Assembly (NCBI RefSeq): GCF_001194135.2
Contig: NC_068983.1
Location: forward strand, 77,765,964-77,801,065
Direction: 5' to 3'
Length of the DNA stretch: 35,102 nucleotides
Source of the DNA: Octopus bimaculoides
Lineage: Eukaryota
Every line of letters starts with the position of its first letter. Position 1 is the stretch's first letter. Below the pieces are notes generated by a model. The model was not told where the DNA came from, ran no database searches, and worked only from the letters and a program-made list of their open reading frames with translations. Shown here in pieces: positions 22,646 to 35,102 of the stretch. Made by a program: the position numbers and the translations under genes.

Positions 22646-25600
22646 TTCCTGAAAGTGGCTAATTAAAATGTCATATTGTAAGAGATATTTCTGAGAATGA
22701 GATATTTAGTATTAATGAGACACTGTAGGCGGCTGCACTAAGAAAATATTTATACCAAATGGTGGTTTTGCTTTAATAAATACTTCATATAATACCCTTC
22801 ATTCATAAATATTACTAGTTTAGATTAGTATAATTTTCTCTCCTATACATACACTCATAACCACTGAATTGATCCACCAGAAGACAAAAGGAGGTAAACA
22901 GTGATTTTTTTTTCCCTCTGGATACATGATATTACATTAGCACAATTTAAAACTGTAATGAAAATAGAGAGCATTTTCAAGTGTTGACTATTGTCATTTA
23001 TATATGAAAATAAGCGGAGGAAATCGGTTGATATTGATAAAATCAGGCAAAACGTCAACGAATAATGTAATCTGGTCATAATACATTTCAATCTCATTTA
23101 CATCAATAACAACAGTAACTTTTACGAATGGCGAGCATAACAGGTATCATTTTACAACGATTTTTAATTAATTATGTAAAATAAAATATGTTATCTGGAA
23201 ACTAAGACGGATCAAAAGTAGTTTTAATTATCTGGTTATGTAATAATTTCGGTGTTCTTCTGTATAAAATAGCCATTTGTTATACTGCTTCATAGATGAG
23301 CTGTACCACACATGTAGCTAAATAATTGGTCTCCTGAAGGAAATATAGAGAAGAAACAAATTAATCCGATTACAAGGTGACAATTGTTGGCCTACATTTT
23401 CAAACATCAGCTGCACGATTTATTCTGTTGTCTTCCCCTTCAAATAACTTTGATCAAAATATTAGAATTCACTTCTCTTTGCTGTACACTTGCATATCAA
23501 TTTTTGTGAGATAGATTATATCGTAACATTTATATAATGCAAAAGAATTGGCCTGCTTAAATATGTCTTTCTTTGAAACTTTCTCTTCAAAGTAGAAATA
23601 TGAAATTTATCGTTTGTCACTCTTTAATTCATAAGAAAGTTTTTAATCCTAATAAAATTATAACTTTGTCAAAGAGAATTTCATTGTTTTAGATAAGATA
23701 TTTGCAACTTCCTAAGAATGTGTAAGTCAGTTTTGCGGCTTTTATTGGCCTTTATGTCTCCACTTTTGTTTTTCGTAGCCTTAGGATACTAGAGGGAAAA
23801 TGCGGGTAGTGCAAAAAATATGCTTAAGATAATTATTGACAAATGGATACTCTTCAATAATGTATTTCTTCCTACACAAATCCCATTTGCAAGAATGAGT
23901 GAATATGAGATATTGAATTACGTTAATTAGTTCATAGGCACTTGCTACATGAAACCTATAAGTGTCAAGAAAATATATAAAATATTGCTGAAATGGCTTA
24001 CTTCATTTAATGATTTTCTAATAATTAAAATTATCAATAATGACGAATTATTTAAAGAGTATTGAAATATGTTTCAAACAGAAGGGAAATGGAGACCTGT
24101 ATGAATGTCTTTTAAAGATCATTAGTGAACAAACATTGTTAGGCGTCATTAGATTTATGTTATCCAGTCTGGAATTTTAAAAATGTTTATATAGATGTTC
24201 GATTGCATGAGATATTTTATTTCATTCCATTTCTAGCCTACCATCTCAATGAAAGTATCGCAACTTTGTAGCTGAAGTGAACTACATATCATCATGGCCT
24301 TGTGGTTATGTTGTCACAAACATCATTTTCTGAATCATTCTAGTCATCGAAAATATCAGCTTTTAACGGACGAAACCTTACTGCCTGAAACCAAATCTAA
24401 TTCATGTCCAGTACTATTTTGTTATCGTGTAACAAGGAATGCCAATTCAGCTTCAGCAGTAGTTATGATTATTTTATGAAACTTTTCCTTTCGTCATGAA
24501 AGAAATAATCACTAATGCTGATGCACAACTATCTCGTTTTATCAGCCTTTTTAAGAAATACTGCCATATTTATAAATAAAGCTTACAATATAGTTTTTGT
24601 TATTTAGTTTCATAAAATGAAATTAACCATGGAGTGTAATATGTCTCTGAACTTTAGTTCAGTAGATGACCAAATTAAACATAAAGATAGACTTCGTCTT
24701 GTACAACGAAATCATTGACATACAAATTTATAGGATGTTCATGTTTACAAAACATTTGATACTAGATGTGTTAGATCATGGCTAATTTTCGGGTAGAAAC
24801 AAAACAACCGAACAAATCTTTAACACGTAAACGTGAACAGTCAAACTTAATATGGATCATATTAAACGTATCTAATTTTTTTTAATACCCGCCAGAGGAG
24901 GGGCGTTAAAAGCTGCAGCAACTTTTCCATTTACACTAGCTGAATTTAAGCAATATATATCTTATTTCAATATTTAAAAGAGAAGACATAAAGTATGAGA
25001 GCCAGTTCAGGGGGAGTTTACATTGCAGAGGAAAAGTTAGACTTCATGCGTTTGCAAAATATCTCTCTATCTTCACACAAACATACACATAGCATGTATT
25101 TAACCCTCTTATTTCTCCTCTTCCTTCACTCTAGCTTCCTAGCTAGTCATTTTGGTACGTCTTGAGTCTAGTGACAAAGTTTGAATTTCATATGTAACAT
25201 CAGTGTCTAACTCATACATAATGGGGAACTGTGATATTAAATCCATCAAATAAACAATTAAATGAGGCTGGTTGTCACATCGTGCAATGAAATAACACAC
25301 TTGTAAACAACCTTAATTATTCATATGACAGATTCTGCAAGAAAACTGAGATGGCTCAGACAGATTGTATCAATACACACCTGTTCACACGTACCAAAAC
25401 ATTCACAGAATATCATTTCGCTTTCAAATTCACCGATATAAAAGTCAGACATCTAAATTATCTTTTCAGCAAAATTTAGTAAAGCCACAATTCAGATCAA
25501 AACACCTGCAATTTACAAAGTTTATAATTTCCTATGAAAACTTTTATACACACTACTTTTTAATTCTTGCGTGTTGAATGACTGATCATTGCCAATATTC

Positions 25601-25846
25601 AATTTTTTGTTGCATATAGAATATATTCTAATGCAGAGTGCAGTAAAGTTATTTTTGAACTGAATTAAGCACATTAAGTAATATAAAGGTGTTTCAACAA
25701 TATGTAATATATTAATTTGATTAATGTTAAATTTGTAACAAAATTGCAGCCCATTAATTAGTTACAGATGATGCGGCAGAATTCATAACATTTGGTGGCA
25801 TCGGTGAATAAACATTTCCAAGAACAGGTCTAAATTATAAGGTATA

Positions 25847-26603
25847 CTCTTTTTCTCTTTTACTCGTTTCAGTCATTTGACTGCGGCCATGCTTGAGCAC
25901 CACATTTTTAGTCGAGCAAATCAACCCCAGAGCTTATTTTTTGTAAGCCTAGTACTTATTGTGCCGTTCTCTTTTGCCGAACCGCTAAGTTACGGGACGT
26001 AAATACACCAGTATCGGTTGTCAAGCGATGCTGGGGGGGGGGGCAAATAGACACACAAACGTACATGTATNNNNNNNNNNNNNNNNNNNNNNNNNNNNNN
26101 NNNNNNNNNNNNNNNNNNNNNNNNNNNNNNNNNNNNNNNNNNNNNNNNNNNNNNNNNNNNNNNNNNNNNNNNNNNNNNNNNNNNNNNNNNNNNNNNNNNN
26201 NNNNNNNNNNNNNNNNNNNNNNNNNNNNNNNNNNNNNNNNNNNNNNNNNNNNNNNNNNNNNNNNNNNNNNNNNNNNNNNNNNNNNNNNNNNNNNNNNNNN
26301 NNNNNNNNNNNNNNNNNNNNNNNNNNNNNNNNNNNNNNNNNNNNNNNNNNNNNNNNNNNNNNNNNNNNNNNNNNNNNNNNNNNNNNNNNNNNNNNNNNNN
26401 NNNNNNNNNNNNNNNNNNNNNNNNNNNNNATATATATACATATACGACGGGCTTCTTCCAGTTTCCGTCTACTAAATCCACTCACAAGGCTTTGGTCGGC
26501 CCGAGCCTATAGTAGGAAACACTTTTCCAAGGTGCCACGCAGTGGGACTGAACCCGGGACCATGTAGCTGGTAAGGAAGCTACTTAAAACACAGCCACTC
26601 CTG
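25847..26603 (-). mobile_element. SINE family A (Octopus-type) with an internal microsatellite that falls in a gap
   Basis: Reverse complement head caggagtggctgtg..tcccgggttcagtcccactgcgtggcacc (tRNA-like B box), body ..gtagacggaaactggaagaagcccgtcgtata; 3' half catcgcttgacaaccga..cgtaacttagcggttcggcaaaagag..gcatggccgcagtcaaatgactgaaac. Confidence 0.92.
26071..26429. other. assembly gap (N run)
   Basis: N run inside the SINE microsatellite. Confidence 1.
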
Positions 26604-27039
26604 AGAATTACTTTTTGAAAATTTGACTTTCGTAAAAACTGCCATAGCCCGAAAGGCTCTCAAACGGTGCGTCCTCCAGAAAAACAAGTTTGATTTTCGA
26701 AATCTGCGTTCCAAAATAAATGCATAAATAAACAAATAAATAAATACATTTATTAATCCAATTTCCATCGAATATCTTTTTATAAATTACAATAAGAAAG
26801 ATTACAAATCATGCATTTGAGAAATTGCATAAAAATCGGATTAAGCCCTTTAGCAGTTTGTTGATCTGAGCAAGTTGGCAGGAAATCAAAAGGTAAAAAT
26901 ATAGAACATATAAAAGAAAAAGAAACCAATCTTGCATGCATACAAGAAAGTCAAAAGCGTATATAAAAAGTAAATCTCTTTTAGTCTAGAAATATAAAAT
27001 ATTACAAATGTTATGAATACTGTACTTCTATGCACTGCA

Positions 27040-27510
27040 ATTGCTGTGTTGTAAGAAGCTTGCGTCCAGTTTATCGTTGTTCAGTTGGATTGTTGATTTT
27101 GTTCGTGATACGGTTTTTTTTTTGGTTATTTTGCTCTCTGGGCGGTGCGACGTTTTTCCTCTGGTTTAATGGAGGGGCGCCATGTGGTACGATGTGAGGA
27201 TTTGAGCTATTCTTTAGAATTTGTGTCGTCTGAGGAAGAAATGGTGAAATGTTTGAACAAGATTAATGCAGTGATAGAAACAAAGAATTACGCTGCAACG
27301 GCAAAGGGAAAAATTGAATATGTAAGTCTGAAAGAGCTGAGCAAGTACAAGGAAATGCTTAAAATGGAGGGGAATGACATGAAAGTGTTCCCCGCCAAAG
27401 AAGTGCTAAAGAATAAGGAGAAGAGAACGATTGTTTACAGAACATACGCAGTGGCATCAAGAGAAATAGAAGTGGTATCGGAGGCACAAGTTGAAAAGGC
27501 ATTGAGGCCA
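27040..27510 (+). mobile_element. probable non-LTR retrotransposon 5' UTR plus ORF1 N-terminal fragment
   Basis: Open, charged, purine-rich frame from ATG 27169 (MEGRHVVRCEDLSYSLEFVSSEEEMVKCLNKINAVIETKNY..RTIVYRTYAVASREIEVVSEAQVEKAL); assignment rests on general resemblance to LINE ORF1 only. Confidence 0.45.
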
Positions 27511-27511
27511 G

Positions 27512-28161
27512 TCGTAGTATGTGGGCTGTTACAGTTAAGGCAGCGAAAAGCAGTAGAGGAACAGTTGTTGAATCTGTATGATGAAGATGAGCATCTGGAA
27601 CAAGTAAGGAAATCCTTGTTTTTAGGGCAGTCTATTATGAAATGTTTTTCAAGGACAAAGCAGCAGTAGCAAATTGTAATATCTACATAAGCTTCATGTT
27701 GAATATTTCTAGGAGGGCCATGAAGATGAAATAGGAAGAGATCATCCAACTGGACATTTTGCGACATTTCCCGTGAATCAAACACGACTTAAATTGTCTG
27801 AGAGTTTGGTATCTTGTAAATGTCATTTATTGTTATTCCAAGGTTGTTGTTTTCAGTTTCTGGCTTGATTTCGGAGGGATCGTGATAAGTGATTACAGGG
27901 TCACGAGGAGAAATAAGCACTGATGGCTTGGCTTTGATAGAAAGTGGTAGTAATGGGGAACATTTTATTGCAGAAACAGAATTTAATGCAAGAGGCACTG
28001 AATATTTTATCGGCATCTATATTATCATGATAAGACACTAGAAAACCACTCTTTTGTTTCTTAACGTTAGATCATTTCACACCACAATAATGAAGGATCT
28101 TAAAAATTGCCGTGAGAGATACGTTAGGATTTGTTTCACTTTGTATTTTAATGATGGACAT
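27512..28161 (-). mobile_element. LINE ORF1 (gag-like, three zinc knuckles), decayed; ORF2 absent
   Basis: ATG 28161 MSIIKIQSETNPN..GFLVSYHDNIDADKIFS, frameshift, ..KAKPSVLISPRDPVITYHDPSEIKPE..IYKIPNSQTI*VVF..CYCCFVLEKHFIIDC..CSRCSSSSYRFNNC..CLNCNSPH; triple knuckle layout as in I/Jockey/R1-group ORF1; 5' UTR may extend to ~28440. Confidence 0.85.
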
Positions 28162-28882
28162 TGTTATGATGATGACTATTATTATTTAGAAGTAATTTTG
28201 AATTTCGGGAAGTTTCACCTGAAAACAAATTTAAATAGCATTTTAAAAGCGGCAGATTCGGAATTCGGATATTAATTTCAACATTCTGATGCGAGGCACT
28301 ATCACAAGATCACAACAAGAGCCAAAAAAGGAATTAGCTAACTTACAGATGTAATGGCTCGACGGAGAATTAGTCCTTTTCTGCACTTTGTTTGCCTAAG
28401 TGTGTTTTTTCCTTTTTTTTTTCTCACTCCAAACTTAGAGCGGTCAAATAGTTAAAAAACACGAGACGGTATAATAATGAAATAAAAACTTTTCTATTTC
28501 TCTATGAGAAAATTTATCGTCATGTGTTCGGAGTACTGAATTGTATAATATGAACAATGACAATATTTTACGTACAGAAATCAGATTTTTCTCCAAGCAT
28601 AAATGTTTATACGTTTCTGTGAAATTCATTAGTTTCCATTCATTCTTTAGTTTCCATGTTTCAGTTTTCAAAGAAATATATTTATAAACGAATTAGATAA
28701 ATCACACTCTATTGGGTTAGATATTTGGGTTTTTAGTCTTTCTTGTTAGATGAAATTGGACGTGCCCAATGTAGCAGAGAACAAATATAATTGTTACGAG
28801 AAATAACTCAACTTTTAGCTCGACAACTCTCCCACTCTCTATGTATCACCATCAATCTATCTGTCTTTGTTTATGTGCCACA

Positions 28883-28885
<3 letters not shown>

Positions 28886-28930
<45 letters not shown>
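28886..28930. repeat. (CT)n microsatellite
   Basis: Direct inspection. Confidence 0.95.
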
Positions 28931-28934
<4 letters not shown>

Positions 28935-29190
28935 ATGTATGCTCTCTCATGTGCATTGCTTTCATTTTGTTTCAACTATCTTTCAATGTTTACTTTTATT
29001 TTATCACAGTTATTCGGCACAAATATTGTTTTCAGGATTAAAATGAAAAAAATTAAAACCTCTAGAATTTTTGCTGACATATATGAATCACAAAAATAGT
29101 GTTAATAACATACTTTCCTGTCACACACACACACACACACACACACACTCGCCTAATGCAGGTTGAGAATTAAAAATTTACATTAAAAAA

Positions 29191-30071
29191 NNNNNNNNNN
29201 NNNNNNNNNNNNNNNNNNNNNNNNNNNNNNNNNNNNNNNNNNNNNNNNNNNNNNNNNNNNNNNNNNNNNNNNNNNNNNNNNNNNNNNNNNNNNNNNNNNN
29301 NNNNNNNNNNNNNNNNNNNNNNNNNNNNNNNNNNNNNNNNNNNNNNNNNNNNNNNNNNNNNNNNNNNNNNNNNNNNNNNNNNNNNNNNNNNNNNNNNNNN
29401 NNNNNNNNNNNNNNNNNNNNNNNNNNNNNNNNNNNNNNNNNNNNNNNNNNNNNNNNNNNNNNNNNNNNNNNNNNNNNNNNNNNNNNNNNNNNNNNNNNNN
29501 NNNNNNNNNNNNNNNNNNNNNNNNNNNNNNNNNNNNNNNNNNNNNNNNNNNNNNNNNNNNNNNNNNNNNNNNNNNNNNNNNNNNNNNNNNNNNNNNNNNN
29601 NNNNNNNNNNNNNNNNNNNNNNNNNNNNNNNNNNNNNNNNNNNNNNNNNNNNNNNNNNNNNNNNNNNNNNNNNNNNNNNNNNNNNNNNNNNNNNNNNNNN
29701 NNNNNNNNNNNNNNNNNNNNNNNNNNNNNNNNNNNNNNNNNNNNNNNNNNNNNNNNNNNNNNNNNNNNNNNNNNNNNNNNNNNNNNNNNNNNNNNNNNNN
29801 NNNNNNNNNNNNNNNNNNNNNNNNNNNNNNNNNNNNNNNNNNNNNNNNNNNNNNNNNNNNNNNNNNNNNNNNNNNNNNNNNNNNNNNNNNNNNNNNNNNN
29901 NNNNNNNNNNNNNNNNNNNNNNNNNNNNNNNNNNNNNNNNNNNNNNNNNNNNNNNNNNNNNNNNNNNNNNNNNNNNNNNNNNNNNNNNNNNNNNNNNNNN
30001 NNNNNNNNNNNNNNNNNNNNNNNNNNNNNNNNNNNNNNNNNNNNNNNNNNNNNNNNNNNNNNNNNNNNNNN
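29191..30071. other. assembly gap (N run)
   Basis: N run. Confidence 1.
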
Positions 30072-30095
30072 ATATATATATATATATATATATAT

Positions 30096-30372
30096 AGGTA
30101 AGTGATAGGCTTGCCTCGATCCTTATGCAAGATTTTCCCTGGGATTAATGTGGGCGGTCCCACGAGCGACACGTCACATAGCTTTATGCGCACCCTGTCC
30201 ATTCCGGTGTTTCGCCCTGCGAAACCAAAGCCGAGTCTAAGGCGCACAGTCGAGTCGTAGCCGGTACCGTTTTTTACCGCGGCGGTGCCATCGCGCCTTG
30301 AGAGAAATGCCATCGCCGGTTAACTAATCCAACAATATTGCTTTTTCTTGTATTTGTTGCTCCATTCTCTAC
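30096..30372. other. CpG-rich, hairpin-rich island flanked on both sides by (TA)n; probable retroelement end
   Basis: About 20 CpG in 30150-30320 by hand count; hairpins GTGGG/CCCAC (30150-63) and GTTTCGC/GCGAAAC (30209-25); (TA)n at 30072-95 and ~30376-402. Confidence 0.5.
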
Positions 30373-30408
<36 letters not shown>

Positions 30409-30679
30409 ACAGATAAATAGTATAGTATATACATGCATATATATACACACACATTTACGCATATATGCGTGAATGTGAACGGTCACCTACATTCACATAA
30501 TTACTGAGACAAAACACCAATTTAAATTTGTTTCATTCCTATCATTGTCGCAATGGGTTTGGCAAACTCCCACATAAAATATTTAATAGCAGAGATTGTT
30601 TTGCAATAAAGGAAGCTGTAGAAACAGTTAGAGTGCTTTTGATCTTAGCCGAGTCTCTGATCAAATATGGCCAATATTG

Positions 30680-30869
30680 GTTCCAAATTTCTGCACAAGG
30701 CCAGCAATTTCAAGTGATGGTTAAGTCCATTACCTATAACCCAGTATTCAACTTCTGCTTGATTTATCGACCCTGAAAGGTATAGTGGTGGTATCCGAAG
30801 TGTGGAAGGTAAAGACTTACGAAATGCATTTTGTTCTGTGTGCTAAAGATTCTTCCACCTTGCCACCTA
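30680..30869 (-). mobile_element. SINE family B, degenerate
   Basis: ccaaatttctgcacaaggccagcaattt..gatttatcgaccctgaaagg..gcattttg..gctaaagattc..gccacct. Confidence 0.8.
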
Positions 30870-30880
30870 ATGTATCTGTT

Positions 30881-31120
30881 AACAACCCACCAGTTGTCAA
30901 GCAATGATGGGGGAGAAACAGACCCAAAGACACACGCACATAGATATATACATATATAGACATTTACGACGGGCTTCTTTTCAGTTTCCGTCTACCAAAT
31001 CCACCTAGAAGCTCTGGTCGGCCCGGGGCTAAAGTAGAAGATATTTGTCCAATGAGCCACTCAGTGGGACTGAACCTGCAACGAAGTGGTTTTCAAGCAA
31101 GCTTATTCCCACACAGCTAC
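30881..31120 (-). mobile_element. SINE family A, 3'-truncated
   Basis: gttgtcaagcaatg..acgacgggcttcttttcagtttccgtctaccaaatccac..ggtcggcccggggctaaagtagaaga..cagtgggactgaacc; homologous to 25847-26603. Confidence 0.9.
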
Positions 31121-31346
31121 GTAGATAGAATGGAAATTAAAACACACTGGCTCGCCTATTTATACCCTCCCCCAACAACAAACTACTGTACCAAAAAATG
31201 CATAATGATGCGCAACACAGTATTAAATTCATAACTAGGCTATTTTCTAGTATTTGACCAGTTATCAATCGAGCAAGTTTTCATCATCAAACAAAACATA
31301 CAACAGCTACTTAACATCAGTAATGATATTGCAAAGGCTCTCTGTA

Positions 31347-31351
<5 letters not shown>

Positions 31352-31405
<54 letters not shown>
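31352..31405. repeat. (CT)n microsatellite running into a gap
   Basis: Direct inspection. Confidence 0.95.
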
Positions 31406-32193
31406 NNNNNNNNNNNNNNNNNNNNNNNNNNNNNNNNNNNNNNNNNNNNNNNNNNNNNNNNNNNNNNNNNNNNNNNNNNNNNNNNNNNNNNNNNNNNNNN
31501 NNNNNNNNNNNNNNNNNNNNNNNNNNNNNNNNNNNNNNNNNNNNNNNNNNNNNNNNNNNNNNNNNNNNNNNNNNNNNNNNNNNNNNNNNNNNNNNNNNNN
31601 NNNNNNNNNNNNNNNNNNNNNNNNNNNNNNNNNNNNNNNNNNNNNNNNNNNNNNNNNNNNNNNNNNNNNNNNNNNNNNNNNNNNNNNNNNNNNNNNNNNN
31701 NNNNNNNNNNNNNNNNNNNNNNNNNNNNNNNNNNNNNNNNNNNNNNNNNNNNNNNNNNNNNNNNNNNNNNNNNNNNNNNNNNNNNNNNNNNNNNNNNNNN
31801 NNNNNNNNNNNNNNNNNNNNNNNNNNNNNNNNNNNNNNNNNNNNNNNNNNNNNNNNNNNNNNNNNNNNNNNNNNNNNNNNNNNNNNNNNNNNNNNNNNNN
31901 NNNNNNNNNNNNNNNNNNNNNNNNNNNNNNNNNNNNNNNNNNNNNNNNNNNNNNNNNNNNNNNNNNNNNNNNNNNNNNNNNNNNNNNNNNNNNNNNNNNN
32001 NNNNNNNNNNNNNNNNNNNNNNNNNNNNNNNNNNNNNNNNNNNNNNNNNNNNNNNNNNNNNNNNNNNNNNNNNNNNNNNNNNNNNNNNNNNNNNNNNNNN
32101 NNNNNNNNNNNNNNNNNNNNNNNNNNNNNNNNNNNNNNNNNNNNNNNNNNNNNNNNNNNNNNNNNNNNNNNNNNNNNNNNNNNNNNNNNNNNN
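31406..32193. other. assembly gap (N run)
   Basis: N run. Confidence 1.
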
Positions 32194-32289
32194 GGAAGTG
32201 TGTGTAAGGGGAGACAAGTGTTTTTAGTTAGAGTTATGAACTCTTTTTTTCCAAACAGGAAGTTTGTGTCTGTTCATAGAGAAATAAGG

Positions 32290-32556
32290 TCACTGAGGGG
32301 TGTGTGTGTTAAGAAATGGTTGGAATTTCTCTCTGAAAAGATTCTCCTTGTTGATTCTTTCTTGTGTGGAGATTCTGTCTTTACATTGATAGAAAGGTAA
32401 TATAATGAATTTAGGGTTTTTGTTTCTGGCGCAAGAGTCTATGTGGCCACTGAGTGGAATTTGGCGGTATTGAGGGAGGTTTATTTGTTCCTTATGGACA
32501 GCTACTCTTCTACATAATGGGAGGCTCGTCTGTCCGATATAGAAGTTTTGGCAACC
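32290..32556 (-). mobile_element. Penelope-like element fragment (GIY-YIG C-terminal part)
   Basis: My translation: GCQNFYIGQTSLPLCRRVAVHKEQINLPQYRQIPLSGHIDSCARNKNPKFIILPFYQCKDRISTQERINKENLFREKFQPFLN; paralogous to 6900-7443; no ATG, so absent from the ORF track. Confidence 0.92.
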
Positions 32557-33168
32557 TTACTTCAGCACAATCAGTGAGATTCTGCGCAACTGAAACCCGA
32601 CCTTTTTAATTAACCGAAAGCAGTTTTTGAACAAACTTGGCAAACAGACGACACATATCCAAATCATCAGTGAGAATGGACTAACCTGAACTATAACTAA
32701 TGTTCACATCCTTTGACAACTCATGTACGGTGACTCGTTAGTCTTTCCGAAGATGCGTGATAGTTTCATCAATTCTACTAGATGCGGGTCACCCAGAAGA
32801 TCTGTCACTCTCGACATTTTTCGGCCATCTTGAAACCCCCTCCACCACTTGTACACTCGGGTCCGGCTCATACACTCCTCTCCATACACTTCATGGAGGT
32901 CTCTGCACAAGAGTTTGGAAATTTGTTGCTTATTCTCTGCTCCGACTTCTCTGCCATTCTTTCCGATGGAACCTTTGTGCTGTTGTGAGACATACTCTGC
33001 ACACTTTTCTTCCAAACACTGCTATGATTAACAGAAGTGAGTGAGAATGCTATACCTTAGTGTGCATTGGCGACAGAGTTTAAGCTCAATTTGTGCCAAA
33101 CGGCTTCACTCTCTGTACTCTAACTCAGTTATAAATGCAACTGTCCTGATAACTTTTGATCAGACCTC
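32557..33168 (-). mobile_element. mariner 5' half with left TIR, decayed
   Basis: TIR gaggtctgatcaaaagttatcaggacagt next to TA; DLHEVYGEECMSRTRVYKWWRGFQDGR (HTH region) and DDLDMCRLFAKFVQKLLS (equivalent of the WVPHEL linker). Confidence 0.9.
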
Positions 33169-34009
33169 TAGACGCTCTGGATCATCTGTTTTAATTTAGC
33201 GTTGCATGGAATGTCTGCATGATTTCGTCCTCGTGATGAGTTCACTATAGAGAGTCTGACGAAAACAATTTCAGCGTGTTTCCGGAAGCGAGAATCTAAA
33301 ACTAAGAACCAAACTTATTGTGTTTTAAGCCGTGAGTGTTACACCTCATTCAATAACCGCCTGTCGTGGACTTTCTACCGCTAGCTTATTCGAAAACTGG
33401 AACGATTCCATCAAGAAAAACCGCTTTCAATCATGAACATCAAATGTATGGATTATGTCAACATCTTTGCAGTTCTTGAACAGACAACGGAACTGAGACT
33501 ACCATCATAAGATATTGTCACACAAGGTCATGCCCGCAAAATGTACAGTACTAGACTGCCACGTCAGATCCACTTCTGTGAGTGTGTATAAGTGTGTGTA
33601 TGTGTGTGAGTACATGCGTGTGTCTGTGTGTATGTGCATTGTGTTACTGTATATATCAAAAGGAGAGAGGAACAGAACATTTCCATATACACGTCTCGGC
33701 ATATGTGTGTGCGTGTGTGCATGGGTGTCTGGATGGGTGGGTGTTTATAGGTATCCATAAATATTTGGAAGATTCTTATGTGATAACTATGCCTGACAAC
33801 ATTTAATGAAAGAACCTGTCATCGAAAAACGTGTAGTTTCTAAATGAGTTTACAGATATCCATGCAACAGAGCCACCATTGTTCCAATTTATAAATATAA
33901 CTTCGCTGAGTTTTTGAAAACATTCAATTTGCTGAAGATAGGAGGCGATGTAAAATATATACATAAGCGTATGTATCAAGAAGTGCGTTATATATAGAGA
34001 GACCTGTCC

Positions 34010-34017
34010 ATACACAC

Positions 34018-34074
<57 letters not shown>

Positions 34075-34076
34075 CA

Positions 34077-34108
<32 letters not shown>

Positions 34109-34131
34109 GATAAATAGATAGATAGATAGAT

Positions 34132-34186
<55 letters not shown>

Positions 34187-34190
34187 CAGA
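34010..34190. repeat. compound (TA)n-(GA)n-(GACA)n-(GATA)n microsatellite
   Basis: Direct inspection. Confidence 0.95.
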
Positions 34191-35009
34191 CAATAAGTTA
34201 TTTTAGTACAAAATACCCTGGTTATGGATAGTGAGAATTTCAATTATTCCATAGTAAATTGGTTCTCGATCATTTCGACGCTGTGTTGCACTGGCATGAA
34301 ATAAATATGGCTAGTACACTTCCCTCTTAAATTTGAGGGAAAACATGTTAGAAAATTTAGAAAGTATATAGAAGCTTATTGTTTTCTTTGCCTATTGGGA
34401 ATAACTGTGTATACCATCATTTGAATACGTTGTTTTTCAACAATCTAATGAATACTTATTACTGATATAAATCCTTTCAATTATATATTTACTTATAATA
34501 TGCGCTGCGCGTCATGATCAGTACTGCTTCACAAGTACTTAAACAACAGTGTATGCGTAAACTTGAAGTGGTTGGTAAAAGGATATATCCCGAAAATAAT
34601 AAATTTTGAGAATTTTCTATGCTGTTTAAATCTACCATGCTTTTGATGAGATGTGTCAAATTACATTTGCCCACATGCCATAGGATATCATCCAAACACA
34701 TGAAGAACAATGATATTGCAACATATTTAATATTTAAATCCTGCTGTTGTGCACAAATTCAAGTCTTAAAAATTTGGCGCGAATCACATTTTCACTAGCA
34801 TCATTGATGTTGCAAATCATATTTTATGACATATGACATTCTGATGCCATCTTTTATAATTGTAGTTTTGCTTCTATTTATTGAGCGTTCATTCACTGGT
34901 CCGGAGATGATATTAAACTAGATGCTGAGTTAAACATTTTTCACCAGGTATTGATGTAAAATTTAGTTTTTTTTCGAATATGTTCAGAAATGTTTTGAGT
35001 GATTTTATA

Positions 35010-35069
35010 TATGTGTGTGTGTGTGTGTGTATGTTTGTATGAATGTATATAGATGTATATATGTGTATG

Positions 35070-35102
<33 letters not shown>
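35010..35102. repeat. (TG)n/(TA)n microsatellite
   Basis: Direct inspection. Confidence 0.95.

Noticed and set aside
24888-24906. CTCF-like ccgccagagg motif
   Set aside because: Partial match only; single instance.
29183-30313. MAFLSRRDG... ORF as a first coding exon
   Set aside because: No donor site, runs into (TA)n and a gap, and the product is not recognised.
7444-33168. The two mariner halves as one split element
   Set aside because: Breakpoints are nearly complementary, but the TIRs differ and the strands are opposite.
33215-33295. Degenerate hammerhead (gtgatgag...cgaaa; ctgacga)
   Set aside because: C3 is missing, stem II is weak and stem I does not close.

Overview
AT-rich, microsatellite-dense animal DNA with five assembly gaps. 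The SINE families present are ones I recognise from Octopus, so a coleoid cephalopod (probably Octopus) is inferred. No intact host gene, RNA gene or CRISPR array can be supported. The window is mostly transposon debris: ten tRNA-type SINE copies or fragments plus one SINE 3' half, a 5'-inverted RTE LINE with 13-bp TSDs, two Penelope GIY-YIG fragments, one Tc1 and two mariner fragments, a Helitron 5' end with 247-bp tandem repeats, a foldback element, and two convergent LINE ORF1 fragments. All X-containing ORFs in the track are gap artefacts. The least explained parts are a TpA-rich diverged duplication at 4.65-6.0 kb (foreign-looking composition, short GT..AG variable blocks, shared in-frame stops) and a CpG-rich structured island inside a (TA)n tract at 30.1-30.3 kb. 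A few weak exon candidates exist.
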